Source: Octopus vulgaris (taxonomy: Eukaryota). From it: 64,000 bases of DNA. Positions 1 through 12,229 of this stretch are shown piece by piece. Within the stretch, counting starts at the first letter, position 1. Each line of letters starts with the position of its first letter. A model generated the notes under the pieces. It saw nothing but the letters and a program-made list of their open reading frames with translations, had not been told where the DNA came from and made no database searches. The translations under genes were made by a program, and so were the position numbers. Where the stretch lies: positions 110,298,001 through 110,362,000 of the forward strand of contig OX597819.1 in the NCBI GenBank assembly GCA_951406725.2, given 5' to 3'.

Positions 1-87
1 GGATGGTTTTGGGTGGATAGTCTTTTATCATAGGCCTACAAGCCATACACTTGAAGAAACTTCAAAATCACTATCAATAAAACTATC

Positions 88-130
88 ATGTGTGTGTGTG
101 TATATATATATATATATGCATGTATGTATG

Positions 131-200
<70 letters not shown>

Positions 201-231
201 TGTATGTATATATATATATATATGTATGTAT

Positions 232-278
<47 letters not shown>
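88..278. repeat. compound (TG)n/(TA)n/(CA)n microsatellite
   Basis: Dinucleotide runs are directly visible and are the source of the YI/CV/HT ORFs. Confidence 0.95.
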
Positions 279-279
<1 letters not shown>

Positions 280-414
280 GAGTCATAGCTACAAGTTTGT
301 AACAGGTCTGAAAATTATTACATAAATATATCTCTACATTGCATATATTTGCATCAAATTGTACTTGGGATTAAAAATTTTTATTTTAAAAAATGTTCCA
401 AACTTTTGGTCATG

Positions 415-420
<6 letters not shown>
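278..420. mobile_element. short MITE-like element with ~27 bp imperfect TIRs (Tc1-like ends)
   Basis: The left end CAGAGTCATAGCTACAAGTTTGTAACA matches the reverse complement of the right end TGTTCCAAACTTTTGGTCATGACTCTG. It is flanked by (CA)n and (TG)n. Confidence 0.55.
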
Positions 421-485
<65 letters not shown>

Positions 486-493
<8 letters not shown>

Positions 494-835
494 AGAGATA
501 GAAACACCCACAACTTCATCAACTCCAAATAATATTAACTCAACCAAGCTATAAAATGTTAAATAATATACTTACTATTTATATATTTATAATCCCAAAA
601 TCTGGGGAAAGTAGACCTGACAATTGGGAGTGCATAAACATAATGAGTTTTGGAATGAGACTTTGTGTCTTAACAATACCATATGTACCCCCATGAAACA
701 CATATAGTTCGTAATATGAAAATTTGGGGATTATGAATATTTATAGTAAGTATATTATTTAACATGTTATGGCTTGGTTGAGTTAATATCGTTTGGAGTT
801 GATGAAGTTGTAGGTGTTTCTATCTCTAACAATAT
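486..835. mobile_element. foldback/MITE with ~115 bp inverted arms
   Basis: 486-601 (ATATTGTTAGAGATAGAAACACC...ATAATCCCAAAAT) is the near-perfect reverse complement of 721-835, with a ~120 bp spacer. Confidence 0.8.
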
Positions 836-1070
836 TTTGATATATATGAATTAATTATTGAGAGTAATTCAATTGAATATTTTTAATTTGAATGTCTCAT
901 TCCTATGACACTAGAATTGATATTCCCTAATTATTATAATTATTATTACAGTCATCTGCTAAAATAAGTCTTTTTTTTTTTTAAAAAAAGTCACTACATT
1001 ACTGACCACCAGTAGATCATATCTTCATATAGTTAATGTATATTTAAGTTTGCAAATATGAGACTAACAG

Positions 1071-1808
1071 AAGTATGGAAAGCCATTGGTGCCAAGGGCC
1101 AAAATCGCAAAGTATGGAAAGCCGTCGGGGCCAAAATCGCAAAGTATGGAAAGCCGTCGGGGCCAAAATCGCAAAGTATGGAAAGCCGTCGGGGCCAAAA
1201 TCTCAAAGTATGGAAAGCCGTCGGGGCCAAAATTGCAAAGTATGGAAAGCCGTCGGGGCCAAAATCTCAAAGTATGGAAAGCCGTCGGGGCCAAAATCGC
1301 AAAGTATGGAAAGCCGTCGGGGCCAAAATTGCAAAGTATGGAAAGCCGTCGGGGCCAAAATCGCAAAGTATGGAAAGCCGTCGTGGCCAAAATCTCAAAG
1401 TATGGAAAGCCGTCGGGGCCAAAATCGCAAAGTATGGAAAGCCGTCGGGGCCAAAATTGCAAAGTATGGAAAGCCGTCGGGGCCAAAATTGCAAAGTATG
1501 GAAAGCCGTCGGGGCCCAAAATTGCAAAGTATAGAAAGCCGTCGGGGCCAAAATCGCAAAGTATGGAAAGCCGTCGGGGCCAAAATCGCAAAGTATGGAA
1601 AGCCGTCGGGGCCAAAATCGCAAAGTATGGAAAGCCGTCGGGGCCAAAATCGCAAAGTATGGAAAGCCGTCGGGGCCAAAATCGCAAAGTACGAAAAGCC
1701 GTCGGGGCCAAAATCGCAAAGTACGGAAAGCCAGCAATGCCAAAATCACATAGTATGGAAAGCCAGCAATGCCAAAATCACATAGTACGGAAAGCCAGCA
1801 ATGCCAAA
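1071..1808. repeat. 32-bp minisatellite, about 22-23 copies
   Basis: Unit AAGTATGGAAAGCCGTCGGGGCCAAAATCGCA, homogeneous in the centre and diverged at both edges. Confidence 0.97.
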
Positions 1809-2848
1809 GATTTATGTAGATGCTTATGGTATCTGATATGGATATCTGATATGGTATCTGATATGGCCACACAAATACAACTCTTGAACATTCAGATTTC
1901 TTTGTCAAATGTAAACCTTATTTATTCACATTGTTTTGAATTAATCATGCATTTTCTCATAGCTTCACAATTTCTATGATGTGGTTGTTTATTTTTAGAA
2001 TGACCTTGTTTAACATAAAACCAGGAGAATATCTGGACCAGAAATGGCTGGATTAAATGCTAGAATTAAGCCCACTTTCACTATCAAAGCAGGGATTAGC
2101 CTAGGGGTCCCATGACTAAATATTTTAGGGGACTATCTATCTTTTATCCTTTTCTTGTTTCAGTCATTGGACTGTGGTCATCCTGGGGCTCTCTCTTTAA
2201 GGGTTTATTACATATACATTAGCAATAAGTAGATATCAGTTATTAGTGGTCAGTTACATAGTGACCTGGTAAACGTGAAATGCCAGTAGTGATGGTCATT
2301 ATAATAGAGGACAGCTGATCTGTTGATGTCAGTGTTGGATGGTCAAGAAATATAATGACCAGCTGAATGGTAAAAATACAATTTTCATTCTGATATTTTG
2401 TTCATTATATTGTCTATTTTGCAGTGGTAGTAAAGGTCAGACGAATAAATATTACTAAAGCATTGCTTTACAGTCAGATGCCCGTCCTGTCATTAAAGAT
2501 ACTTACTTCACATGCTTGTAACTGAAACATTTTTCTTTCTTTTTCCATCTCTTCTGCAATCTGCAACAAAGAAAAAAAGGAATTCTTCTGATTTTCATTT
2601 ATGCATTACACTTTACCATTTCTCACTCTCTTTCTCTGTAATTGTGTGTGCAATTACACACACACACGCACAAAACATGTATGTATGGATGGATGAATGA
2701 GTGAAAGAATGAATAAAATGACAATTGCCTTAGTGTTTAGCATGTCTGCACAATTTATGGTGTGTCTGGATTATGATTCCAGTAGGCACTGAAAAACATT
2801 TTTGTCCAACCCATGCAAGCATGGAACATGATTATATGCATACATGTG

Positions 2849-2902
<54 letters not shown>

Positions 2903-2909
2903 GAGATAG

Positions 2910-4800
2910 AGAGGCAAGTGTGTGACACTTGTGAAGACCTGTTGAGGCAAGTGTGTGACACTTGTGAAGACCTGTTGAGGCAAGTGAAAATCAAACCAAA
3001 TCAAAATAGATGAACATCAATGGAATTTGTATCTTTGTGGTACCAGTACCGGTGGCACACAAGAAAACCATCCGAACGTGGCCGTAGCCAGTACCGCATC
3101 GACTGGCCTCCGTGCTGTGGGCACATAAAAACACCATCCGAAGACCCGGCGACGTAGTCAGTCCACCTGTGCATACCTTCCTTCTTATGACACTTGTGAA
3201 GACCTGTTGAGGCAAGTGTGTGACACTTGTGAAGACCTGTTGAGGCAGAGGCAAGTGTGTGACACTTTGTGGAGACCTGTTGAGGCAGAGGCAAGTGTGT
3301 GACACTTGTGAAGACCTGTTGAGGCAAGTGAAAATCAAACCAAATCAAAATAGATGAACATCAATGGAATTTGTATCTTTGTGGTACCAGTACCGGTGGC
3401 ACACAAGAAAACCATCCGAACGTGGCCGTAGCCAGTACCGCATCGACTGGCCTCTGTGATGTGGGCACATAACAAACACCATCCGATCGTGGTGGCCCCT
3501 ACCTGGGACGTAGTCAGTCCACCTGTGCATACCTTCCTTCTTGTGACACTTGTGAAGACCTGTTGAGGCAAGTGAAAATCAACAAATCAAAAAATCAAAA
3601 CAAATCAAAATAGATGAACATCAATGGAATCTGTATCTCTGTGGTACCAGTGCCGGTGGCACACAAGAAAACCATCCCAACGTGGCTGTAGCCAGTACCG
3701 CATCGACTGGCCTCCGTGCTGTGGGCACATAACAAACGCCATCCGATCGACCCGGCATCCGAAGACCCGGCAAGACTAGTCAGGTCATAGCCCGTGGCCC
3801 CTTCCTGGGACGTAGTCAGTCCACCTGTGCATACCTTCCTTCTTATGACACTTGTGAAGACCTGTTGAGGCAAGTGCTAATCTAATCAAATCAAATGACA
3901 CTTGTGAAGACCTGTTGAGGCAAGTGATAATAATAATCATAATCATAATCATAATCATAATCATCATAATCAAATCAAATCAAAACAAATCAAAATAGAT
4001 GAACATCAATGGAATTTGTATCTTTGTGGTACCAATGCCGGTGGCACACAAGAAAACCATCCGAACGTGGCGGTAGCCAGTACCACATCGACTGGCCTCC
4101 GTGCTGTGGGCACGTAACAAACACCATCCGATCGTGGCCGTTCGCCAGCCTCATCTGGCACCTGTGTTGGTGGCACATAAAAACACCATCCAAAGACCCG
4201 GCAAGACTAGTCAGGCCATAACCCGTGGCCCCTACCTGGGACGTAGTCAGTCCACCTGTGCATACCTTCCTTCTTATGACACTTGTGAAGACCTGTTGAG
4301 GCAAGTATGTGACACTTGTGAAGACCTGTTGAGGCAAGTGTGTGACACTTGTGAAGACCTGTTGAGGCAAGTGAAAATCAAACCAAATCAAAATAGATGA
4401 ACATCAATGGAATTTGTATCTTTGTGGTACCAGTGCCGGTGGCACACAAGAAAACCATCCGAACGTGGCCGTAGCCAGTACCGCATCGACTGGCCTCCGT
4501 GCTGTGGGCACGTAACAAACACCATCCGATCGTGGCCGTTCGCCAGCCTCATCTGGCACATAAAAACACCATCCGAGCGTGGCCGTCTGCCAGCCTCGTC
4601 TGGCACCTGTGTCGGTGGCACATAAAATCACCCACTACACTCTCGGAGTGGTTGGCGTTAGGAAGGGCATCCAGCTGTAGAAACACTGCCAGATCTGACT
4701 GGCCTGGTGCAGCCTTCGGGCTCCCCAGACTCCAGTTGAACCGTCCAACCCATGCTAGCATGGAAAGCGGACGTTAAATGAGGATGATGATGATGATGAT
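2910..4800 (+). repeat. tandem array of five ~250-400 bp units resembling an RTE-type retroposon 3' region, with nested 33-bp subrepeats and a (GAT)n tail
   Basis: AAATCAAAATAGATGAACATCAATGGAAT recurs at ~3000, ~3345, ~3603, ~3988 and ~4386. The subrepeat is GAGGCAAGTGTGTGACACTTGTGAAGACCTGTT. The array ends ...CCGTCCAACCCATGCTAGCATGGAAAGCGGACGTTAAATGAGGATGATGATG. The RTE assignment is from recall. Confidence 0.8.
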
Positions 4801-4814
4801 TATTATTATTATAT

Positions 4815-4850
<36 letters not shown>

Positions 4851-4852
<2 letters not shown>

Positions 4853-6250
4853 CATAAATACCCATGTAAATTGTGCACTTGTGTAATCTACGCAGGTGAT
4901 TTTCAGGATGAAAATTGTTAAGAAAAGCTTCTACTCATGTAAAATTCATACCTAAAAGTTTTCAGGGTAGGGGGAAAAGATTTTCAATTTAGTTGTATTT
5001 AGCATAATTTCACTTACTTATGATTAGATTTTACTAAATAAAATTACAAAGCGTTTGTGTTGTCTATATAAATAAAATGGTTTTGTGGAACTAACACATG
5101 TCTGTCAGTTTCCCTCGCTTGGTATACCCTCCCTGATGAGACTGACAATGTCAGTCTGCTTTAGCCAATCAGTTTACCCTCCTCCTCTCTCGACATTAGC
5201 ATTCCAATGATAAAAATGAATAAATGGAAAGTATGATGCTGATTGTGTTTGTGTGCAAGTAACTGTATGCAGCTGTGTGTTTAAGTGTGTATGTAACTGT
5301 ATGAAACTGTGTGTTTGTGTGTGCATGCATGCATGTACCTGTATGAGACTGTGTCTCTGCATAATCGGAAATTTACAAATTGTGAGCATGTATATATGAT
5401 ATAATGAAGGAAATTGTTGTATACAGTGTTCAGGTGCACTACGCCTAAAAAGATGGAAAAAAAAGCCATCAGGTATACTGTTGGTGGATTTCAGGAAGCA
5501 TGGAAGTTTTGAAGAATGTAGTGTCTCAACAGCTATCAACTGATGCAGGTAGTTTATTCCATGTTTCAGCAATTCTGAGCATGCAAAAAATGTTTCCGAA
5601 AGTCATGGGTACTGTGTTGTTTTTTGATTTTATAAGCATGTCCATGAGTGTTTGTTATATGGAATTCAAAAAGGTGTCTAAGGTTGTTGGAAAGATGGTT
5701 GATAATCTTGTTTATAATAAGCTTTATTTTACATTTCTTGCCCACAAGAGATTATGTCTGATCTTTAGCATACTACTGTATGTCTTCTCATCCATGATCA
5801 CAGGAAAAGTTGTTGGTAAGAATTATCAACAAAAACAAAGCTGATAAATATGCACTGATGTTGCAAATTATGTTTAATTACCAATAAACATCAGCTTGTA
5901 TGACACTTTACTCAACCGAGTAAAATATGTAAAATATGGCCCAGACCATGATTATCAGCATGTACTTCAGATTTCAAAAAGTAGTTAACCATTTAATGGT
6001 TTTAGTAAATTTATACAGAAAATGTAATCATTATACCATCCAGCATAAATAAAAGTCAACTTCGTTATATTCAAGTCAATTAAATGAGTCAACTTCCAGT
6101 ACGAATGTTTACATTTTGTACATTTTTTTTCACCAAAAGAAATTTCTAAAATAATTCCGGAAACAATCTACTCATGTAATTTACACACCCACTAAAGTTT
6201 GTTTTTACTTTTGTGAAAAAAATTGTGTAAATTACGTGGGTTTTTACGGT
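4851..6250. mobile_element. non-autonomous Tc1/pogo-like DNA element with degenerate TIRs
   Basis: The left end ACCATAAATACCCATGTAAATT resembles the reverse complement of the right end (ACCGTAAAAACCCACGTAATTT). Both ends lie in (TA)n. Confidence 0.5.
5470..5700 (-). mobile_element. CR1-like LINE 3' fragment
   Basis: The minus strand reads ...LRIAETWNKLPASV..., matching the CR1 ORF2 C-terminal WNKLP motif also seen near 17740. Confidence 0.6.
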
Positions 6251-6753
6251 ATATATATATATATATATACACAGTCATGGCCAAAAACTTTGAATTCCTC
6301 CCACACCATCCAACCGATTTTAATGATTTTTGGCACATAGGTAGATCACATGCCTTGAAGTTCAAATAAAGCTGGAATTTTTCGAAATCTTGATAATGCT
6401 TAGTTGGCATCAATTTTTGTGAGCTCAATCGGGCGTTTGAATGGAAATTCCTATAATGATGTTATTTTCCCTGCAGCTTTTGCATTTTTCCGCTTGTAAA
6501 ATTTCAGCAAAAACGATAGAATAGTCTCTAAGGAAATGCTTATGCAATACAATGTCAGAGGTGGGCTTAACTTCAACACGGAAAACACGAGCAATGCCAA
6601 ACCTAACAGCTACTATATATATATATATATATATATAAATGAATAAATGTGTTAAGGATGTCTGTGTTTACATTTGTGCTTCTCCAAAAATCACTGAGCT
6701 ACAAATCATGATGTTATTTCCTTTGTCAAATTGTCCTGTGGAATGTATTACAT

Positions 6754-6790
<37 letters not shown>

Positions 6791-6847
6791 CATACACACG
6801 CACACATACACACACACTTACTTAATTGTAAACGTTATATATTTCAG

Positions 6848-6948
6848 ATTCTCAACCCGAGGCTAAAAAGCGACGTATGGAGACTCTAGAGGTTGGATCT
6901 CAACAACTACTACAACAACATCCATTTCACTGCTCACAACCAAAATGA
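6848..6948 (+). CDS. probable 3'-terminal coding exon of a host gene (xSQPEAKKRRMETLEVGSQQLLQQHPFHCSQPK*)
   Basis: Acceptor TATTTCAG ends at 6847 and a phase-1 frame is open to TGA at 6946-6948. It contains an NLS-like PEAKKRR. AATAAA at 7061 is followed by a GT/T-rich tract, all in non-repetitive sequence. Confidence 0.6.
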
Positions 6949-7060
6949 TGATCTTTTATTCCACAGCATTGGCAGTTGTTTTCCTTTCATCAGCACAGTT
7001 CAGGGTCAACTTGGGCTTCATTATGGCCTTAACAATATACTACTTAGCAGTAAAAGAGAA

Positions 7061-7066
7061 AATAAA
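7061..7066 (+). terminator. polyadenylation signal
   Basis: AATAAA ~110 nt after the stop at 6948, followed by TTTGTTTT...TGTGTTTGTTGTTG. Confidence 0.45.
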
Positions 7067-7221
7067 TTTTATTTATTTTGTTTTACATGTGTTTGTTGTT
7101 GCTATTTAACCCAAGGTCAGTTATGATCTGGCCGGCTGTTGATCAAATGCATTCCTACCAGAACCATTCCGATCTTTTCTGGATATTTAAACCTACTTTA
7201 TCTGATGTAACATGTAACTCA

Positions 7222-7705
7222 ACATCATCATTTAATGTCCATTTTCCTCGCTGGCATAGGTTGGACAGTTTGACAGCAGCTGGTGAAGACAGGGGCCACA
7301 GCAGGTTCCATTGTCCGTTTTGCCATAGTTTCTACAGGTGCATGCGCTTCTTAATGCCAACCACTCTATAAGAGTGTAGTGGGTGCTTTTTATGTGACAC
7401 AAGCACCAGGGCTTTTATTTTTATGTGGCCCCATAACCAGTGCTTTTTTGCATGGTACTAGTACTAGTGCGTTTTATGTGACCCCCATGACTGTAGTCTA
7501 ATGACTGAAGCAAGTAAAAGATGAAAGATAAGATAGCTATTATATGGAACCGAAAGACTTTTTTCCTCATCCATCATTATCATCATCATTTCACATCCAT
7601 TTTCCATCTTGGCATGGGTTGGACGGTTTGATTGAGGACTGGCAAGCCAGTAGGCTGCACCGGGCTCCAATCTTATCTGGCAAGGTTTCTAATGCCAATC
7701 ACTCT
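7222..7705 (-). mobile_element. two fragments of the (GAT)n-tailed retroposon end seen at 4620-4800
   Basis: CATCATCATTT...TTTTCC...GCATGGGTTGGACGGTTTG at ~7223 and ~7581 is the reverse complement of 4740-4800. Confidence 0.7.
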
Positions 7706-7706
7706 G

Positions 7707-7947
7707 CTGCTTAATAATTGTAATCATGACTGAAAAACAGGCATTATGGTTCGAAATAAGGTCATGGAATGGTATGTACAAGAAGAACCGATTTTCTGGA
7801 ACTCCTGGTTCCAAAGACTTTTTTTTCCTTATTTACTGCTTAATAGTTGTAATCCTGATTGAAAGACAACCATTATGGTTAGAAATATGGTTATGAAATG
7901 GTATGTACAGGAAGAACCGATTTTCTGGAACTCCTGGTTCCAAAGTC
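7707..7947. repeat. direct tandem duplication of ~112 bp
   Basis: CTGCTTAATA...GAAGAACCGATTTTCTGGAACTCCTGGTTCCAAAG occurs at 7707-7820 and 7836-7947. Confidence 0.85.
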
Positions 7948-8133
7948 CTCCAAGATAACTGATTTTTCTGAACCAGGAGTGGTCATACTGGTCAACAGAC
8001 TCTAAATTAAACAAATGTGAAATTTAATCAAATAATTAAATTTAATAGAGATCTTTACATTAGTGTAAAAGTAATGCCTAGTATATAAGAGATGGTAGGC
8101 CATCAATATATGGTAAATAGGTGTTGTACCTGA

Positions 8134-8476
8134 AGGTGCATAGCTCAGTGGCTAGAGAGTCGGGCTCACAATCATAAGGTAGCGAGTTTGATTCCCTGGC
8201 TGGGCTGTAAGTTTTGTTCTTGAGCAAGGCACTTTATTTCACGTTGCTGCAGTTTACTCAGCTGTAAAAATGAGTTGTGATGTCACTAGTGTCAAACTGT
8301 ATCGACCTTTCCTTTTCCGTTGGAAAACATCAGTGGTGTGGAGAGGAGAGGCTGGTATGCATGGGCAACTGCTAGTTTTCCACAAACAACCTTTCCCGGA
8401 CTTGAGCCTCGGAGGGTAACTTTCTAGGTGCAATCCCATGGTCATTTATGACCGATGGGGGCTCTTTACACTTTAC
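8134..8476 (+). mobile_element. tRNA-derived SINE, family C
   Basis: A box TAGCTCAGTGG, B box GTTTGATTCCC and TTCTTGAGCAAGGCACTTT core. Related copies lie at 37279-37580(-), 26322-26545 and 26865-27070. Confidence 0.8.
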
Positions 8477-8959
8477 CTGTATCTGCGAATATATACGCTG
8501 AGCAGCATTTCGTCCGTCTTTACTTTCTGAGTTCAAATTCCGCTGAGCTCGAATTTACTTTTCGTCCTTTGAGGATCGATGAAATAAATACCAGTTGAAC
8601 GCCAGGGTCAATATAATCGATTTGCTCTCCCCGCCGGAATTGTTGGCCTTGTGCCAAAATTTGTAACCAATATATACATACAAATGTATACAAGGTGGTA
8701 TCAAAAAACTCTCGGACTAGTTCTTTGATGCGCCAACAATACTAATGTGTATATATTCACAGGTATAAATGCACGGACACTTCACATTCGTAAACACCTG
8801 TATAAAGAGGTGTGAAATTATAAAGGTATGAATAATGTAATCAGGCGACATTAAAAAAGGATGCTGAGATGCCGATAAATAAGAGTAAATATGAAGTCTT
8901 GGTTCCAAGACTACATTTTTTTGAACTCTCATTAAGAGTTGTGAAAATAGGACGATAGT

Positions 8960-9440
8960 ACTCTTTACTCTTTTACTTGTTTCAGTCATTTGACTGCGGC
9001 CATGTCGGAGCACCGCCTTTAATCGAGCAACTCGACCCCGGGACTTATTCTTTTGTAAGCCCAGTACTTATTGTATCGGTCTCTTTTAACTGCGGCCATG
9101 CTGGAGCACCGCCTTTAGTTGAAAAAATCAACCCCAAGACTTATCCTTTGTAAGCCTAGTACTTATTATATAGGTCGCTTTTGCCGTAACGGTATGTTAC
9201 GGGGACGTAAACATACCAACATCGGATGTCAAGCGATGGTGGTGGGGGAACAAGCACACACACACACACACGCATATATATATACAACGGGCTTCTTTCA
9301 GTTTCCTTCTACCGAATCCACTCACAAGGCTTTGGTCGGCTCGAGGCTATAGTAGAAGACACTTGTCCAAGGTGCCATGCAGTGGGGCTGAACCCTGAAC
9401 TATGTGGTTGGGGAGCAAGCTTCTTATCACACAGCCATCC
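8960..9440 (-). mobile_element. tRNA-derived SINE, family B
   Basis: Reverse complement of the copy at 57121-57592, with a small internal duplication of CTGCGGCCATG...GCACCGCCTTTA. Confidence 0.85.
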
Positions 9441-9477
9441 CTAAACAATATCAATGGGAAAACAATATGTATAAGAT

Positions 9478-9697
9478 ACTTGCGGTTGCTGAAAAGTCCC
9501 TGGTTTGGAGTAATAGAAAATACAGGAGCATCACTTGATTATGATTTTCTTCAACATATTCCCGTCCCAGATTCACACACTTATTGCAGCGGTCCTTCAG
9601 TTTTTCTTAAACCTGTAAAAGAACTCGGAGGGTTGGGCCTCCAATCAGCCCTTTCGCGATACACTTAAAACCAGGAACTTTTCAGCACCATCTCGCA
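9478..9697. mobile_element. mariner-type MITE
   Basis: TIRs GGTTGCTGAAAAGTCCCTGGTTT and AAACCAGGAACTTTTCAGCACC. Confidence 0.7.
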
Positions 9698-9850
9698 CGC
9701 GTGAAAAGCTTTTACGAAAGAGTATGCAGACACACGCATGAGGATACGTTCATGTGTATAAAGAGGATAGTAGATGTGTAGAAACGAGTTATCCTGAAAT
9801 TTGGATGGGGGAGGGGGGGCTAGTGGATTTTATCGACCGCAGTATTTCAC

Positions 9851-9992
9851 TGTGGAGGTGCAATGGCCCAGTGGTTTGGGCAGCGGACTCGCGGTTTCGA
9901 TTCCCAGACCGGGCGTTGTGTGTGTTTATTGAGCGAAAAAACTTAAAGCTCCACGAGGTTCCGGCAGGGGATGGTGGCGACCCCTGTTGTAA
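9851..9992 (+). mobile_element. tRNA-derived SINE, family D (5' part)
   Basis: Matches the 5' half of 43679-43972. Confidence 0.8.
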
Positions 9993-10884
9993 TCTTTCGC
10001 GAACGTTTACTATAAAGTCCTATATAACAACAACATAACGCACATAACAGCAACGCAATCACAAGGATCAACATCAAATAATCGCTTTTGTAGATATTAA
10101 AAAAAAAACCTGTTTTATGGCGCATTTCTGTTCTGGCGATTAACCTCAGTTCATCTCCAATGAAACAGATCTATGACTTAAAAGTGTTTAATCCGTGATC
10201 ATGCTAACATTATATTTTGCCAGAACAATGTGCACATTATCTAATGCATCTTTCTTTTAAGACGATAGAGTTTGATACGACAGAGTTGGAGGTTTGACTG
10301 CTATTTCTATAGTTGATCGGCCAGCTTGCCGTTTCTCCCAACCGTCGACTTTCTCACACACTCTGGTCACGCACATACATATATAAGTAAAACCAATGAT
10401 TGAATTTAATGTACTCACTAGAAAGTTTACAAACGAAAGATTGCTATCGTCTATGATCCTTAAACCTAAGTTTCTAAAGGATATACAGCAGTGTCTTTTC
10501 TGAATCTATCTACGTTGCAGCTGTTGATATTTCTCAACTAAAAAAATAAGAGGTAAAAAAAGAAAAAAAAGCCGACTTGGCGAAAGATAATCTGTTCTTC
10601 CTTAACGGAATATGTACTAAGTTTCTAGCTCTAAGGAGGATAGGCTCAAAGATTTTCTTGGCCAAACCTGTCTTGCAGGTGTTGACTTAGATTTTTTTTT
10701 CTGTTCTGTTTGCATTATTCGTTTCTGTACATGGCGACGAGCTGGAAAAATCATTAGCACGCTGGACAAAATGCTTAACGGCTTTTGACTTGACGTTCTG
10801 AGTTCAATTACGCCAAGATCGCCTTGACTTTTCATCCTTTCGGGGTCGATAAAATAAGTACCAGTGAAATACTTTTTTTATTTT

Positions 10885-11409
10885 ATGCGCCCTTTTCAAG
10901 ACTAGTCAGGCTCATGTGTCCAGTTTCCCGGATTCTGTGGCGTATGTGTTCCCCCCTCCAGCTGGACGGGACGCCAGTCCATCGCAGCATTACTCAAGAA
11001 ACAGGAAGAGAGAGCGAGAGAAAGTTGGGGCAAAAGAGTACAACAGGGTCGCCACCACCCCCTGCCGGAACCTCGTGGAGCTTTAGGTGATTTTGCTCTA
11101 TAAACACACACAACGCCCGGTATATATATACTGCTCAGATGCAGCACGAAGTTTTGTCAGTGAACAGGTCGCGGATTCAAAGTGATGTAAATATTTTGAC
11201 AAATTAAATTTTGAAGTGAATCTAACGGTTTTGTGTGTTTCTTAAATGGCTTATAAGCACCTTCCACGCTGCAACTGTTTGTAAAAATATTTTTTAAACA
11301 TAAACGTGGCCTTGTACGTCTTTCTCGTGTCACTGCTTGCGGGTGGCTGCAGCTACAGATCGAAACCGCGAGTCTGCTGCCCTAACCACTGAGCCATTGC
11401 GCCTCCACT
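10885..11409 (-). mobile_element. family D SINE interrupted by a ~240 bp insert at 11121-11358
   Basis: The halves 10885-11120 and 11359-11409 join into the reverse complement of 43679-43972. Confidence 0.8.
11131..11358 (+). repeat. Penelope-like HHR-bearing repeat, inverted copy of 11978-12218
   Basis: CTGCTCAGATGCAGCACGAAG...GGTGGCTGCAGCTACAG is the reverse complement of 11978-12218. Confidence 0.85.
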
Positions 11410-12229
11410 GACGCTACTGTTGATTATGACTTTGTATATTCTAACGTTGTTATTGTTATTTGTGATGTCGATGCTGTTGACTTCAACATTGTTGTTGAAT
11501 GTGAATCGTAGCTGTTGATTGTGACGGTTTTATTATTGTTGGTGACTTTGCTGTTGATTGTAACGCTTTCATTGCCGTTGTTTAGTTACGAATCAACCCT
11601 GAAAAAGGTGACTAATGATTAAAGCTTTCCAACCATGGCAACTCTGTTTGTGTGTGTGTGTTTTGTATCTTTAGGATATATTACACGGGTCTGCGACCAA
11701 AATTTGTTTCACATTTATTGGGTGAAAAAAATTCATAAATTTTTTACCTGTTGATTTCAAAGATTAGAAAGAAACTATCCAATCACGTACAGTTTCTTCA
11801 CAAAATCGATCATTGCCATTTACCAGTATGCCCAAATTTGACTATTGTCTTTTATTATTACTATAAACCACCGTATTTAAATAGTATATAACAGTATAAC
11901 TAATAGGCTTAATTTAGGAAAATAAGCATTTGCCAACGTTTAGGCCTCTTCAGTTACACAGAGAGGTGACTGCTTTACTGTAGCTGCAGCCACCCGCAAG
12001 CAGTGACACGAGAAAGACGTACTTTACAAGGCCACGTTTATGTTAAAAAATATATTTTTACAAACAATTGCAGCGTGGGAAGGTGTTTATAAGCCATTTA
12101 AGAAACACACAAAACCGTTAGATTCACTTCAACATTTAAATTTAATTTGTCAAAATATTTTCATCACTTTGAGACCGCGACCTGTTCCCTGACAGAACTT
12201 CGTGCTGCATCTGAGCAGTATATATATAC

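Noticed and set aside
28-528. [12 protein letters not shown] ORFs here and throughout the window
   Set aside because: They are translations of dinucleotide and tetranucleotide microsatellites.
1033-1979. Long ORFs up to 297 aa, and a possible CRISPR-like array
   Set aside because: They come from a contiguous 32-bp tandem repeat with no unique spacers and no cas genes, in a eukaryotic context.
2910-4400. 33-bp repeat with intervening sequence as a CRISPR or retrozyme array
   Set aside because: The intervening segments are copies of each other, and no CUGANGA/GAAA core was found in the unit.
5133-5156. CTGATGA followed by a perfect 7-bp stem GACTGAC/GTCAGTC
   Set aside because: No GAAA, stem III or stem I partner follows; at most a truncated hammerhead.
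8134-8205. tRNA genes at SINE heads
   Set aside because: A and B boxes are present but there is no full cloverleaf, and they continue into SINE bodies.
10629-10678. Exon-like SKEDRLKDFLGQ resembling a C2-domain motif (NEDD4-like together with the WW-like piece near 15430)
   Set aside because: The donor is weak, the similarity is very short, and no other exons of such a gene were found.
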